Origin: Ministeria vibrans ATCC 50519
Lineage: Eukaryota; Protista; Filasterea
Length of the DNA stretch: 60,297 nt
Reading direction: 5' to 3'
NCBI GenBank assembly: GCA_943704425.1
Contig: CALSCP010002085.1
Location: 1-60,297 of the forward strand
Shown: piece after piece, positions 1 through 13,592 of the stretch
Numbering within the stretch: position 1 is the first letter of the stretch
How the letters are laid out: every line of letters starts with the position of its first letter
Program-made: the position numbers and the translations under genes
Notes under the pieces: generated by a model
Databases searched by the model: none
What the model saw: only the letters and a program-made list of their open reading frames with translations
Told to the model about the DNA's origin: nothing

Positions 1-6
1 TCTCTC

Positions 7-80
<74 letters not shown>

Positions 81-120
81 CTTTGTTTCTTTCTCCTCTC
101 TCTCTCTCTCTATGGCTCAG

Positions 121-955
121 GAAACTTTGGAGTGGTGAATCCAGGCAATCTGGTTCTGGTGTGGTCTGCTATCAAGAAGTTCCAGGTGCGCTGCCCGTCC
201 GCATTGCCTCACGACCTGATATGCTCTCTTTGCTATTTAGATTTGGCGCCTCGTCACCTGTGGGCTCTTCTTTGGCAAACTGGGCTTTCCCTTCCTGATC
301 AATCTCATGTTTCTCTATCAGTACAGCAAGCGGCTGCAGGAGGGGCAATACGAGAACAAGGAGGCCGACTATGTGTATTTCCTGACCTTTATCTGGGGTC
401 TGCTGGCCGTACGAACCAGCTACACACACGATGGCGCACCAGCTGACCCCTTTTTGATGTAGTTTGTGGGACTCTTTGTAATTGACATGTACATCATTGG
501 TGTGTCGCTGGTGCTCTCCGTCGTCTACGTGTGGTGTCACTTAAACCGCGATCAGATTGTGTCTTTTTGGTTTGGAATGAAGTTCAAGGCGGTAAGTGAA
601 GGAGAGTGCAAGGTGTGTGTGTAGGCTCACTCGCGCATTTCCCTCCCAACAGTTGTACTTCCCGTGGGTGCTTCTGTTCTTCAACATTCTTCTTGGAGGC
701 AGTGGGATCAGCGAGCTTCTTGGAATTGTGGCCGGCCACTCGTACGTGTTTCTGCGGTTCATCTACCCGTCGCAGCCCAATGGGCTTGATCTGCTTGCGA
801 CACCCGCCATCTTCCACCGCTGGTTCCCGTCGGGGACCCACCATGGCATTGTCAATGGCTACCGTGCCCCTGTGCGCACGGGTGCCCCTCGCGATGCAAA
901 CCCTCCACCCCAAAGAGACACCTGGGGTCGCGGACAGGTCTTGGGTCGCGAGTAA
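121..955 (+). CDS. DERL: Derlin (Der1-like ERAD membrane protein), 5' part lies outside the window
   Basis: Spliced exons read GNFGVVNPGNLVLVWSAIKKFQ / IWRLVTCGLFFGKLGFPFLINLMFLYQYSKRLQEG...YFPWVLL...LLGIVAGHSYVFL...WGRGQVLG. These carry the Derlin WR motif and the C-terminal SHP-like WGxGxxLG. Confidence 0.93.
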
Positions 956-1014
956 ACAAACGAAATGCAGCGCAAGGGGGCTACTTCTTTATTATTATGA
1001 CTGCGATGTTTCTT

Positions 1015-2149
1015 TCAGTATCCGCCTTGGTCGCCAAAGACCTTCTCAATGTCGGCATTGTGGGGATTGACAGGGGGAAGGAAGTGGGGGTACGAGTGTT
1101 CCAGTGTGTTCCACACACTGTCAGCAATCAGAGCGTGTTGGGTCTGCGAAGGATGACCACCTAAGGCGGACGTGTGTGTGAGAGAGAGACGAGCCACAGA
1201 GCGCGTGTCTGACCTCCGACTGGCTCAAAGAGATCAACAGGGTTGTTTCCTTTGGCCTTCCAATTGAGGTAATTTTGATAGGAGGGCTCTTCGACATAGG
1301 CCATGTCAAAGTTGGTGAAGGAGTGCTCCTTGAGAATCTGTTGGTATGTCGCGCTGAGGTTCATTGCGCGATCAGTTGTGAATTGACGCCAGTGCGGGTC
1401 AGAATTGAGCCTGCATAGGAATCGTAAGAGAGAAGCAAAGCATGTGTATGTGTGTGAGGAGTACCATCCCCAGCAGGCATTGAGGGTGCGGTTGTCCTTG
1501 TCGACAAGACATGAAATGTACGCCCAGAGGTCAGCGTACGGGACACCGAGGGCCGGGTGGATCTGGGCGTGCATGGTGGGCCAGATGATGCTACCGTTGA
1601 ACAGCCCCATCAGCAACATGTGCGAGCCGCGTGGAAGAATTGTGTCTAGATACTGATTGGATGAATCGAGTGAGTGAGCGGAGCGGAGAGTGAGCGTCCA
1701 TCTCTCTCTCTTTCTTATATATATTATATGTATGTGTGTGTGTGTGTTACTTGGAGTGTTTCTGTGACGCGCTGTTTGAACTCGGCTGGCTCAGTCATGT
1801 GATCTCCTCCAGGATGCGGATTACACACATCATCACCTAAACGACACGCACAGTCAATGAAGACTTGATTCTTCCATCTAAAACACGCACACAAACACAT
1901 ACCAACCATCGAGATGACACCGAGCACGGGGCGGTCCAGGAGAGGATTGCGATGAGTGGAGTTGACGACGGCCCCGCCCGTTTTAGGACTCATGGCCGTC
2001 GACCGACATCCGTTGACGCTGATGTTCTCAAAGTCACGATGCGCACAGCGGTTGCGTGACCGCAGACGAGAGTACAACGAGTTGATGGGCGCAAGTCGCT
2101 GCGGACACTGTGCGGTGCTCCAGTAGCCAGTGCCCCAGCTGAAGCACAC

Positions 2150-2203
<54 letters not shown>

Positions 2204-3459
2204 TGAAAGTGATAGAGACAGAGATTGAGTGAGACGACCACCACACAGAGAGAAAAAAATTAAGTGGGTGTGTGCACCATTGAGTGAGACTTGTGTGAGA
2301 GAGATAATATTAATGTGCGACTGGTGTTGGTTTTGTTCGGACCTGCACTGGGGCACATCCAACTCATCTTCCGCAATGCGAATCAACTCGTCAATCGTTG
2401 CATTGACCATCGGCACATGGAAATGTGCCGAAGCAGAATCTGAACACACAATTAATATAGTATTGACTCTTCTCTCTTGAGTCGATGTACCGCCAAATAC
2501 AATAAATCCCAATGGATTTGTTCCACTGCAGAACTTCTCTTCGTACGACACTCCCTGTTCGTCGTTTCCTCTGATTCCATTGCAATTTGAATCTGTGCAG
2601 AGAGATGTGAAATGGTTGTTTCGATCACTTTTATATACTGTTGTGTTTGTACCTTTGTCGGGCGATTGATCGGACTTGCGGCCCGGGTAGATTTCCGAAG
2701 AGTCGTCGTCGCAGTCGCGTCCGCGCCAGTGCGCTCCACGAAGGGTCTCGATGGTCGAGTAGTCGTCTCCGTCGTTGTCCACAACCGGCTTGTGGTCCTT
2801 GAGCTGCGCGACAGCACACAAACACACAGGTGAGCGCCACACGCACACTCATAAGGTGTGAATATTGTAATTTCCATACGTGGTTGCTTCCGTCCAACGG
2901 AGGAATTGGGAAAGGCAGGCTCAGCTTGCGGAGGGTGCGCGCGGGAAGGTTTGCCAGCGCGTTCTTCAGCTGCGTTCGTGCACCCTCCGTGTCGACGTCG
3001 TCGTAGTCATCGCTGGCGGCGTCGTCTTGGTCAAACAGATTGCAGTGTTTGTCCTACACGAAAACATGAAACCACAGTTCACTCGCGCACACACACTCTC
3101 CGCCCGCCCACGAAAGAGATAAAGCGGGATTCCAACAACCAATATGTGGCCCGCGACAGCACGGGGTTGGCGTGGTGAGTGGTTACCAGGCAAATTTTGA
3201 GCGCGCGACAAAGACGGTCCGAGTGGAGGAGAATGGTGCAAGCCATACACTCGGTACCACCATTCCCTTCCTTGCCGACACTCCTGCAAAGGAAGTCGAC
3301 GTGCATTGCGTTTGTTTGTTGTTGTTGTTGTTGGTGTTGTTATTATTATTCAAACCTCGCCGGAAGGCTTTCAATTAGCGATGCAACGGTCGTCAGCTCT
3401 CCAACAGAAATGGACGACACTAATCCAACAATGGCGCACAAAAGCAAGACAACCTTCAT
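1015..3459 (-). CDS. AOAH: Acyloxyacyl hydrolase (LPS-deacylating SGNH lipase), multi-exon, with signal peptide
   Basis: Signal peptide MKVVLLLCAIVG; TLRGAHWRGRDCDD; DSNCNGI; GDSASAHFH nucleophile motif; C-terminal PPVNPHNADIEKVFGDQGGY. Confidence 0.93.
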
Positions 3460-3549
3460 AAGAGAAAATAATCAATCAGTGATTATTTTATTATTTATTT
3501 TGCTTGAGTACTTCCCCCCCCCCCCCCCCCCCCCCTCTCGCATCCCTCG

Positions 3550-4797
3550 ATGGCAAGTCTACTACGTCTTCCTGAGGAGCTCCTTGTAATGATCATTGGG
3601 CAGCTGGACTGTCAAGCGCGGGTGCGGCTGCGGGCGGTGTGTCGGCGGCTGCAAAGCATCGTCGACCACAACGGCGGCTGCTGGCGCAACCTGGACCTGG
3701 GAAGCCTGCGGAATGGCGTTGATGACACCATCTTGGGACAGCTGGTAGACCGGGCGGCGGGCGGCGTTGATATTCTGGCGGTCCACTCGAGTGCGGTGAC
3801 AGACTCGGGCTTTCTGCGCGCATTGGCGACGGGGCGCCTGTCACGCCTGCGCGTGCTCAATCTGCACGAGAGCCCGCGTGTATCAGAGCATGTCATACGG
3901 CAGCTGATAGGAGCGCACACGGAGGAGGTGGCGCTTGGGGATTTCGGCTACACGGGCGGATCACGCATTTCGTCTCGTCTCGTCTCGCACTTGGGCACTT
4001 GTCGCCGTCTGCGACGATTGCGTCTCATGGGAGTGACCGCACCCTCGTCAGAAGATTTGGTACACTTGAAGGACCTCGATTCACTCGAACTGCCGCTTTG
4101 TCAGCACATGCGTGGTGATGATCTGGCGCAAATCTGTTGTGCGAGTCCGCGTCTGCGTGTCCTCGATGTATCGCGTGTGCCGCTCGTTGACGACAAGATG
4201 CTATTGCGCGTTGCCGAGACTTGCCATCAGCTTGAGTCGTTTCACTGCAGCTGGTGCAGTGACGTGTCGGAAGTGGGTCTTGTTGCGCTGGTGCGTGTCA
4301 ATCCGCGGCTCGAGCGCGTCGGGTTCACCCAGTGTCGAGATATTTCCGACGGAGTTGGTCTTGCACTTGCAAAGTACTGCCCCGAGCTACGTGTTGTTCA
4401 CGCAGGGTTTACTCGAATGCATGGGAGTGCCTTGAAGGCGCTCTTGCGCTCTTGCGTCCACCTTGAGGAACTCGACGTGAGCGACTGCCCAACACTTGAC
4501 GAGACGTCCCTCTGTGACATTGCGCGTGCCAGTATCTGTCCCAAGTTGACTCAGCTCCGCTGTGTGAATAGTCACGGTATCACGGACGAGTCTTTGGCGC
4601 TGCTGGTGGAGAAGGCACCGTTGCTTGTGGACGTCCGTGCGCAGCTGTGTAAGACCACCCTCAAAGTGTTTGATTTACTCGAGCCCTTTGGTGCCCGTCT
4701 CAAGTTCCTCGCTTTGGATCCAGACGAAAACGACCGAGTGGCTTTTTTACAGCGTCGCGCTGCCTTTCAAGAGCGATGGAGTGTCAAAATCTGGTAA
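3550..4797 (+). CDS. F-box/LRR-repeat protein (FBXL-like), intronless
   Basis: N-terminal F-box LLRLPEELLVMIIGQLDCQARVRLRAVCRRL, followed by Cys-containing LRRs (LxxLxLxxCxxIxD). Confidence 0.92.
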   Translation: MASLLRLPEELLVMIIGQLDCQARVRLRAVCRRLQSIVDHNGGCWRNLDLGSLRNGVDDTILGQLVDRAAGGVDILAVHSSAVTDSGFLRALATGRLSRLRVLNLHESPRVSEHVIRQLIGAHTEEVALGDFGYTGGSRISSRLVSHLGTCRRLRRLRLMGVTAPSSEDLVHLKDLDSLELPLCQHMRGDDLAQICCASPRLRVLDVSRVPLVDDKMLLRVAETCHQLESFHCSWCSDVSEVGLVALVRVNPRLERVGFTQCRDISDGVGLALAKYCPELRVVHAGFTRMHGSALKALLRSCVHLEELDVSDCPTLDETSLCDIARASICPKLTQLRCVNSHGITDESLALLVEKAPLLVDVRAQLCKTTLKVFDLLEPFGARLKFLALDPDENDRVAFLQRRAAFQERWSVKIW

Positions 4798-4903
4798 ATG
4801 TACCGTGAATGTACCTTTAATGATTGTAATCAATGTAATTAAATCTCCCTCTTCAATTTAACGATTAATTTCAAAATTTGAAAATCCACTTTTTCTATTG
4901 ATT

Positions 4904-5420
4904 ATGCGACTGTCAATTGCATTGGCGTTCATTGCGGTTGTCGCGACCGTGTATGCGGCGTCCGACAACAAATATGCAAAGAGTAATGAAATTCAAAAAT
5001 CAAAACCTCAACGACCATTTGTGGCTTCCTCTCCATTGTCGGGATGCCTTGGCTCTACTCTGCGTGCAACCATGTTGCGATCGTGTCGACTAGCGCTGTG
5101 TTTCAAGCGATTTCGTTTTTGTTTGACGTAATCTCAAATCGAACTGCTCCTTTCGCTTCCTCTGTGACGCTCGCGACGGGTTTCCACGAGGAACATGCCC
5201 ATCTTGCTGGGGTTCACGATGTCTGACCTGCGTTGTGTGCGAACAACACATTTTCGTTTTAGCTTCTTTTTTGAATGTGCCAACTCAACTTTTTTTTTTG
5301 TTTTTTGCTGTCGTCTTTTGCTTCTTCGTCCAGCCGCATACGACTGGGACGAGCTGGAGAAGAAGATCGAGGATGCACTTGCCGGACACAAGGATTGCGG
5401 CAAGGAGTGCTACAAGGTGA

Positions 5421-5463
<43 letters not shown>

Positions 5464-7419
5464 CACTCACACACAAAGTGATAGAGAGGGAGAGAGAGAG
5501 AGAGAGAGAGAAAGTGAAGAGAGAGACAAAGTGATAGATAGAGAGAAAAACACACACTTCAAGTGATAGAGTGAGAGAGACATAGAAAATTATGAGAGTG
5601 CTTAAAAACTGCTCTGTTAGAGTGTCATTGCCAACGATCTTGCGCCGTGGAAAGACGGAATTACGGACGCACAGTGGGCGGCGGCCAAGTCGCGCGTCAA
5701 GTCTGTGTACCAGATCATTGACGGAAAGCTGTACAAGACGGGCACTTGTATGTTCTATCTTCGCTGCAACGGCATCGAGCACTTCCTGCTGGGTCTCCTC
5801 GGTGACGCCAAGGGTCGCCAGAGCCTGTCCAAGAACAAGAAGTACCCGATGCTGCCCAACATGGAGTTTGCCCTCAACGAGCGCGACTACCCCCACTCGT
5901 CCATCCACAATCGCGACACGCCTCCCACTTTCAGTTTCTCCAAGAGTGGCAAAGAACGTGACATCATGTACCCCGCCTGGACCTTCTGGCAGGTAGCATG
6001 AAAGAAAGAAAGAGAAAGAGAGACATAAAAGTATTGAGTTTGTGTGTGTTTAGGCTGGTCCGGCCATTTCGGTTGAGCCGCAAGGAATGGGTCGATGGGA
6101 TCTCAAGCGCGAGAAGATGATCAAAGCTGGAGCGCAGACCCCCTGGCGCAAGAAGAAGCCTGTTGCGTTCTTCCGCGTAAGTGAATGAGTGGTAGCGGAG
6201 TGTAGCTCTAACCCTGCTACCAAGCGAAATTCCCCAATGACAACCCTTAACGTTTTGATGACAAGCCACCCCACTGACCAACCACCCATATTTCATTTTT
6301 CGTTCTCTAGGGCTCGCGTACGTCCGACCAGCGTGATCCGCTTGTGCTCATGTCTCGCGAGTACCCCGACCTTATTGAGGCCAGCTACACTAAGAACCAG
6401 GCCTGGAAGAGCCCCAAAGACACTTTGGGTGCTGATCCCGCAAAAGAACTTCTTCTCGAGGTAGGCTTTTAGTTTCTTTTCTTTGTTTTGTTTGTGTGTT
6501 TACTTTGTGTTTTGTGTTTGTTTCACTTCTACTCTGTTGTTTGTATCTCTGTGCATTGCAATTTAAATGTGTTGTGTTTTGTCTCTTTAATAAGGAGAAC
6601 ACATTAAAGGAGATACTGATGGAGGTATCTCCCTCACTCTGTGCCACTCCACTCACTCACTGTCTGTCTGTTTTTCTCTTGTGTCTTCCTCTCTCACTCT
6701 GTGTGTGTGTCTTACCCTGTATCTATATATTTATATATGTTAGGAGCACTGTCCGTACAAGTATCTCTACAACTTCCGTGGCGTTGCTGCCAGTTTCCGG
6801 TATGACCAAATGACTATACACAATCACATATGTTTTGATTAATTATTATTTTTGTGAGTTTAGTCTTAAGCATCTGTTCCTGTGCGGTTCGCTTGTCTTT
6901 CACGTTGGCAATGACTGGCTTGAGTTTTTCTATCCGGAGCTCAAGGTACACTGACGCACACCCAAAGTGATTGTGTGTGCACTGAGTGTATGTATATGTG
7001 TGACTTTACATATTATTTTAGCCTTGGGTGCACTATATTCCAGTCAAGGAGGATCTGAGTGACGCCTGGGATCTCATGGCCTTTGCGCGTGAGCACGATG
7101 ACGTATGCAACAACAACACAGTCTTATTGCGACTCTCTTTTGTCACTCTCTTACTTTTCATACCCGAACAACCTCTCATTTAAACACACACACACACACG
7201 CAAATCACTCTCAAGTACGTCAATAACTTTTTCACTCACTCTTCTTTTTTTTTGTAGCTGATGAAGAAGATTGCGGACAACGGAAAGAAGTTTATCAAAG
7301 ACCATTTGAAACAGGACGACATCTACGACTACTGGTACAATCTGCTGACGGAATACGCCAAACTCGTCACCTGGGACGTCAAGAAAGACCCTTCAGCCGT
7401 GCTTGTCAAACACCCTTGA
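4904..7419 (+). CDS. POGLUT1: Protein O-glucosyltransferase (Rumi/POGLUT1-like, GT90/CAP10), multi-exon
   Basis: Signal peptide; [110 protein letters not shown]. Confidence 0.93.
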
Positions 7420-7532
7420 TACACTGAGCCCCCCCCCACACATTTTCTCTTTCTTGAATGGTTTGTCTCACTTTACTTTGGTTGGTGGTGCATCAAAGTA
7501 CTTTTTTGGTTTTTTTTTTGGTTGGTGATGTG

Positions 7533-8398
7533 CTAAAATCCTCCGTGTTCTTCAACGTATTGGCGTTGTTCCTCGGTGCTCTCGCGCCCCAATATTTCAT
7601 CGCGGTGCGGAAATTTACCAAAGCGCACAATGATATCGCGATGCTTGTGGGCAAAGACAATGTTCCCTTGAAAAAGACCCTTGTACAAGGGGTCGGCGGT
7701 CTGTTCTGCCCGCGTGTATAGTGCAATGCATCGGTCTTGGTCTGCCACTGCAATTAGACACGAGTGCAAATCATTTTAGATGGTGCTTCTTCCTTTCTTC
7801 TTCGTTTGTACGGGATTCTGAGTGCATGAGTGGCATGTAGAAGAACATACGCTCCCATGGTACAAGGTTCTCGTCCAGCTTTTGCTCTGCGCACAACATA
7901 ATTAACATACTGAAAAATTGCACCGCAAATAAATATAAACAAGGGATAAAATCGTACCGATTCCTTTGTTGACTAGGTCGAGACATTTTGCGTCTCCAGC
8001 GAACATTTTCGCTGTTCCGCGATAGACGTTGCGCGTAAACTGGTCCAGCAGCAGCACAAGACCGACTGTATTCTCTTCAGGCCCGGCGACGCTGCAGTGG
8101 TGGCAGGAGAGAATGAGAAAGAGCGACGTGCGCTATTCCGTCTCATACGAGTCAAACTCGCCGCGAAGAGCGCCCTCAATATCGTCGCCAAACTCACGTC
8201 GAATCTTCTCATCAAAGTCGGGGCCTCCTCGGAACCAAAGACGCGACACCTCTTGCGGAATGGGCTTTCCGAGCGTGAGACCTAACGCCAACAGATCACT
8301 CACTTCTCACTCACTCCAGAGAACATGACGACTGTCGACTCACCAGGAAAGTAAAACTCGCGAGCTCGCCGCAGCACCTGGGTAGTTCGATTGGCCAT
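7533..8398 (-). CDS. DUF924 family protein
   Basis: Spliced translation gives WFRGGPDFDEKIRREF, VLLLDQFTRNVYRGTAKMFAGD, ERMFFYMPLMHSE, FAHKHRDIIVRFGKFPHRDEILGRESTEE. Confidence 0.9.
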
Positions 8399-8490
8399 TG
8401 TGGGACGCGAAAAAAAAACTGAGGCAAATCAGGAACGACTCGCGTCTCAAGTTGAATAGTAAAATAAGTTTGTTTCACTTCCTTTTCACA

Positions 8491-10526
8491 ATGCCTCTCG
8501 TGTCAACCAACGACCTCCTGGCAGCCAAGCTACAGGCGGACTTTGACGATGAGGCACCAGACAGCCGGTCGAATGGGGGGCAGGACCCAGCAGCGAGCAC
8601 GGGCGTGGACGCGCTCAACGACGACGACGACGCCGCCGACGACTGCGACGACGACCACGACGACGTGGTGGACGCCGCAACCAGCCATCTGCTGCACGAA
8701 AACCGACGCAAACGGCGCAACCGGCTGTGCAAGGTGGGGTGGACCATCTTCCTGCTTGTGGGGCTCACTGCGATTGGCGTGGGCGCGTACGTCATCGAGC
8801 CCAGTGCGGCCATTGCCGGAGCAGGTAGGCAGCGTGTTGACGCCGTTGTTTGCACTTGTCGTCTTACACTCCCTCTTCCGTCACGCGCTCTGTCTCGCGT
8901 TGCTCTTTGTAGCTATTCTGACCTGGGCTGTGTGGCTTCTCACCGTCGTGTTGCTCTTCTGGCCCACACGCATCGTTGCTTTACTTCTTCTTGCGTTTGT
9001 GCGTCGCATTACTTTCTACTCAAAGCAAGTCATGTACTACACTTCGGACCTGGTGCACCTGTCACACTATCTACTGTGGACCATTCTCAACCTCATCACA
9101 TTTGTGGGCGTCTTCAATGCCAACCCCGGCTCGTACACCACCTGTCCAACGCCGAGCACCTGCACCACGACCAAGCTCAACTTTGGCGAAGTCGCTGGCG
9201 TGCGTGCCCTTCTCATCTGCTGCATTGTCGGCTCGGGTGCCATTCTGTTTAAGCAACTCCTTGTTCTTCGGGTCGGCGAATCCCGTAAGGAGTAGAAGCA
9301 GGGCCAGAAGTGCTTGACTAACAGTCTTATTTTGTTGTTTGACAGTGTACTTTCGAGCATTCGCAGGGGCTCTGCGTGAAAACACATGGCGCATGCGACT
9401 GATGAAGTCACTTCAAGTCTTTGATAACACTTCGGTCGGCACAGAGTCTCTTGCAGCAGCAGCGTCCTCCATGACCATTGCTCGGTCCAGTCCTTCCAGC
9501 ACTGACCCCCATCCTACTCCTGCCCCGTCTCCCAACGATGATAATGGTGACAATGACAACGACTCAGTCTCCATCCCCATGACAACACTGCACGCTGAAC
9601 GCGAATCGTACATGGCAGCAGTGGCATCGCGCAACAACAGCACCTCATCCGCCTTAGATGCCCCTTCGTCTGCCGCAATCACCCACAGCACTTCAAGTGT
9701 CAAGATTGACCCCGTTTTATACACTGCTTCCTCTACCACAGCAGAGTCTTCCAACCGCCCATCGTCGTCAGGGGCGGTACTGCTCGCCTCGCGCGCCACT
9801 GCCTCGAAACGAACGAGCAGCAGTCGCAACATCAGACACAATAGCAGCGCAAGTATGCGTCGCAAGCAGTCGGTGCGCAAGAACTCGGAGACGAGCAACC
9901 TTTCAGACGACAACAAAGAAGTCGCGCCCGAGTCGCTCTACAGTATTTCAAAGCACAGCACCAAGAAGAAGGGCAGCCACAGCAGCAAACGCGGACAGCT
10001 CATCTCAACCGTCATCTCTCTCACCAACGCAGTCACCGAGTCGTCCGAGCTCAGTGAAATCCACGGACACATATCACTACCTAATTTTGACGACCAAGAG
10101 ATTGTACGGGCATTTGAGCATCGGTGGACATTATTGGCTCAAGCTGCATTTCCGGTGATTGCAGAGGGGCGAACTGTGATTGTGCTGGCAGACATTGAGC
10201 GAGCGGTGGGGACGCACGCAGATGCAGTCAAGGCGATGCGGCTGCTGAGCCAGCGCGACTCGACAGGGGGACAGCTGACGGAAGCGGCCTTTACTGAAGC
10301 CGTGCTGCAGCTGCACCACGACCGGCACAATCTGCGGCTGAGCATGGCGGAGAGTGCGTCGGTCTTGCAGGCCCTCGACACTGCCTTTCTCTCGGTCACC
10401 CTCTGCATTCTGCTTTTTGTCTTCCTTGCCATCTTCAAAGTCGATGTGGGTGCCATTTGGACGACCATTGCAGGTTAGTCAGTGATGACGCCTGTAAACC
10501 TACTTAATAACACACACACACACCAC

Positions 10527-10605
<79 letters not shown>

Positions 10606-11387
10606 ATCACTTTGTTTCTTTCTCCCTCCTTTATCTCTCTTGCTCTCTCTCTCTCTCGCGTAGGTCTGTTGGTTGCGCTCTCATTTGTGTTTGGTGATGC
10701 ACTCAAGAATTTCTTTGAGGCGACCCTTTTCATCTTTGTCGACCGTACGTTTGCAGTGGGCGATCGCATTGTGACCGAGGATATGGAGTATGTTGTCAAG
10801 CACATATCGGTAGGGATGGGACAGAGACGTAGAGATAGGGAGGGGAGAGAGAAAGAGAAAGTAGAGACATCAATATCAATATAGAGTGTCTTAGGGTCGG
10901 GCTCCATTGTTGACTCATTTTTTTGTTGTTGTCTTTTTTGTCTTAGTTGCGCCGGACTGAGTTGCAGCGATGGGATGGGGCTATTGTGAGTATGCTGAAT
11001 AGTGAGCTGTCGTCTCAGCCATTGATGAATCTGCGGCGCAGTGGACCGCAGATTGAAGAGATGCGTTTCCAGTTGGACTTTGATGTGACGCGTGCGGTGC
11101 AGGAGGAGCTCTTTGCGCGAATTGAAAAGTACGTTGCGTCGTTGCCGGACGACTGGCAGAACGTCGAGCTGGCGGTGAGTGCGGAAGGAGGCGAATCAAT
11201 GACCCTCAACGTGTGGGCGCGCGCCTGCTGCAACTTCCATGACCGCCGTGCGCGCCATCGTCGCACCACTGCCCTCGTTCTGTTCATTCGCGATGCCATG
11301 TTGGACCTTGACATTGATTACTTTCCCGACGAACTTCCCGTTGTCATGCGACAGGCTGAGGCAGCGGACAAGGAAAAAGTGGACTAA
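8491..11387 (+). CDS. MscS-like mechanosensitive channel (eukaryotic MSL type)
   Basis: N-terminal TM helices, a Ser-rich linker and an EF-hand-like segment, then LSFVFGDALKNFFEATLFIFVDRTFAVGDRI and NSELSSQPLMNLRRSG. Confidence 0.88.
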
Positions 11388-11852
11388 CTAACAGTGTTTG
11401 TGTTCTTTTCTTGTACAAATGTTTGTTTTTCTCTTTTATTGTACTCTGAGTGTGTTGCAAACTACAAGATGTTAGAAGTTAGATGTCTCTTTAAGGGCTA
11501 AGAGGCTGGAGGGGGGGGGGGGNNNNNNNNNNGGGGGGAGGGGGAGGGGGAGGGTGTAAAAAGAAATAAGAGCTCAACCTTCTCAAATTTATATTAGTAT
11601 ACCTTCCACGCAATCACACCAATAGTCATGCAGACCATCCCACTGTGAATAGTGATTAAGTTGCTCATATGACATATTAGTAGTAATCGTAACAAGTTAA
11701 TTATTAGTATTGATTGTCAGGGCATCTATATAGCGAGTATAGGGTTTGCGCAAGCGACTGGATCGCGCGCAATCTCCTTATTTGTCGTTTCAAGTGGTGA
11801 ACTTGATTCCTTTTTTTTTTTCATCGACGTCTTGTGAAAGAACAGCCGATCC

Positions 11853-13377
11853 ATGGGCATTGAGGCCTCGAAGATATTCGGAGAGGGCGCTCTGGGTGGT
11901 GCCACGCTGGACCCGGCGGTAGCAGAGGCGCTATTTGCGCTCATCGCCGAAGAAAATTCGGACGCAAGCGACTTCGCTCGCATCATCGAAAGCATCCTCG
12001 CGCAGGATCAAGGGGGCGCGCTGCTTGCCATCCGCGACAACCTTACGGGGGGCAACCTGCTGCTGCACGCGGTGGAGCGCCATCGCGTCGACCTGTGTAG
12101 GATTCTGCTGGCGAGCGAAAGCGGACGCGCTCTGGCGATGCAGGCGGACAACCGAGGGCGCTTCCCTCTCCACGCCGCCTGCGACGCAGCGGGCAAGCGC
12201 ACGCCTGCTCAGGAGGCTGCTGCATCCGTGGATGCTGCCAACATGCTCACGTGGAGTGCAGCAGGAGAACGGGACGACGAAATTGTCCGTCTCATTGTGT
12301 CAAAGTCAGTATTGCGTCCTTGTTGTTGTTGTGTTGTTGTTGTTGCATTGCGTCTCAACATTTTGTGTAGGTCCCCGTCAACGGCCCTCTCTGCCGATCC
12401 CAATCTTGACACGCCGTTACACTTGGCGGTTTTGCGCAACCGATCTCCCATGGTGATTGAGGCTCTGCTGCAGGCGAGCGACTATGCCACGATCAACCAG
12501 GCCAACATCATGCCGGGAACGACGCCTCTGCACACTGCTGTGCGCCGGAACATGCCCAATCTTGTGTCGCGCCTGCTACTTGGCGGCGCCATTGTAAACG
12601 CGACCCAGCGCGACGCGGGCAACACGGCGCTACACATGGCAGCGGCGGCGGCGCATGTCGACCCTGCGTCGGTGTTGGTGGACCATGGCGCGCAGGTGAA
12701 CGCGACGAATCGACGGGGACAGACCCCGTTGCACGTGGCGGGTCTTGTGGGTCAAACTGTCATGGTGCTGTGGTTGTTGCGCTCCAAGGGACTCCTTCTG
12801 TGGCATCGCGATGTCGACGGCGCAACGCCTTTGGTGCTTGCAGTGCGCTCAGGCAAGATTGACGCAGTCGAAGCACTCCTCGAGCACATCATTGAGACGC
12901 CCACCGGACTGGCAACGCTCACCGACGACGACGATGACGTTGAACGACTTTTAGATGATCTTCCAGAGCGCATTCGAGGACCACTCACGGGTGAGAAGCG
13001 TCGCGTCCTGGCACACATTTATGCATGTGAACAGCGCCGCAACACACTTCCACACCGCATTGCCATTGCCAGCGACCTTCACATTGACTTTTTCACGCAG
13101 CCCCACCAACTGCGCGGCATCCTGACCGACCTCACGCCAAAGCCACACAACGACGAAACGCACAGTGGCACAGGGGCCCCCAAGAGCGTCTTTCCCGCTC
13201 GCTTCTTGGCCCTTCTGGGCGACACAGGTCCTGTGTGCCTGCCTGCGTACGGTGAGCTTGTTCGACGCGTCTCGGCTCTGTATGAGCGGGTGTTTTTGGT
13301 CATGGGCCCCTGTGAGTACTATGGGGGGGCGACAATGGAAGAGACTCGCTCTGCCTTGAGACAAGTAAGTCAGTGAG

Positions 13378-13452
<75 letters not shown>

Positions 13453-13555
13453 GTGAGTGAGAGTGAGAGAGAGAGAGAGGAGAAAGAAACAAAGGGATAG
13501 AGTGAGTGAGTGTGTGTGTGTGTGAGTGAGTGTGTGTGTGAGTGTGTGTGTGAGT

Positions 13556-13592
<37 letters not shown>

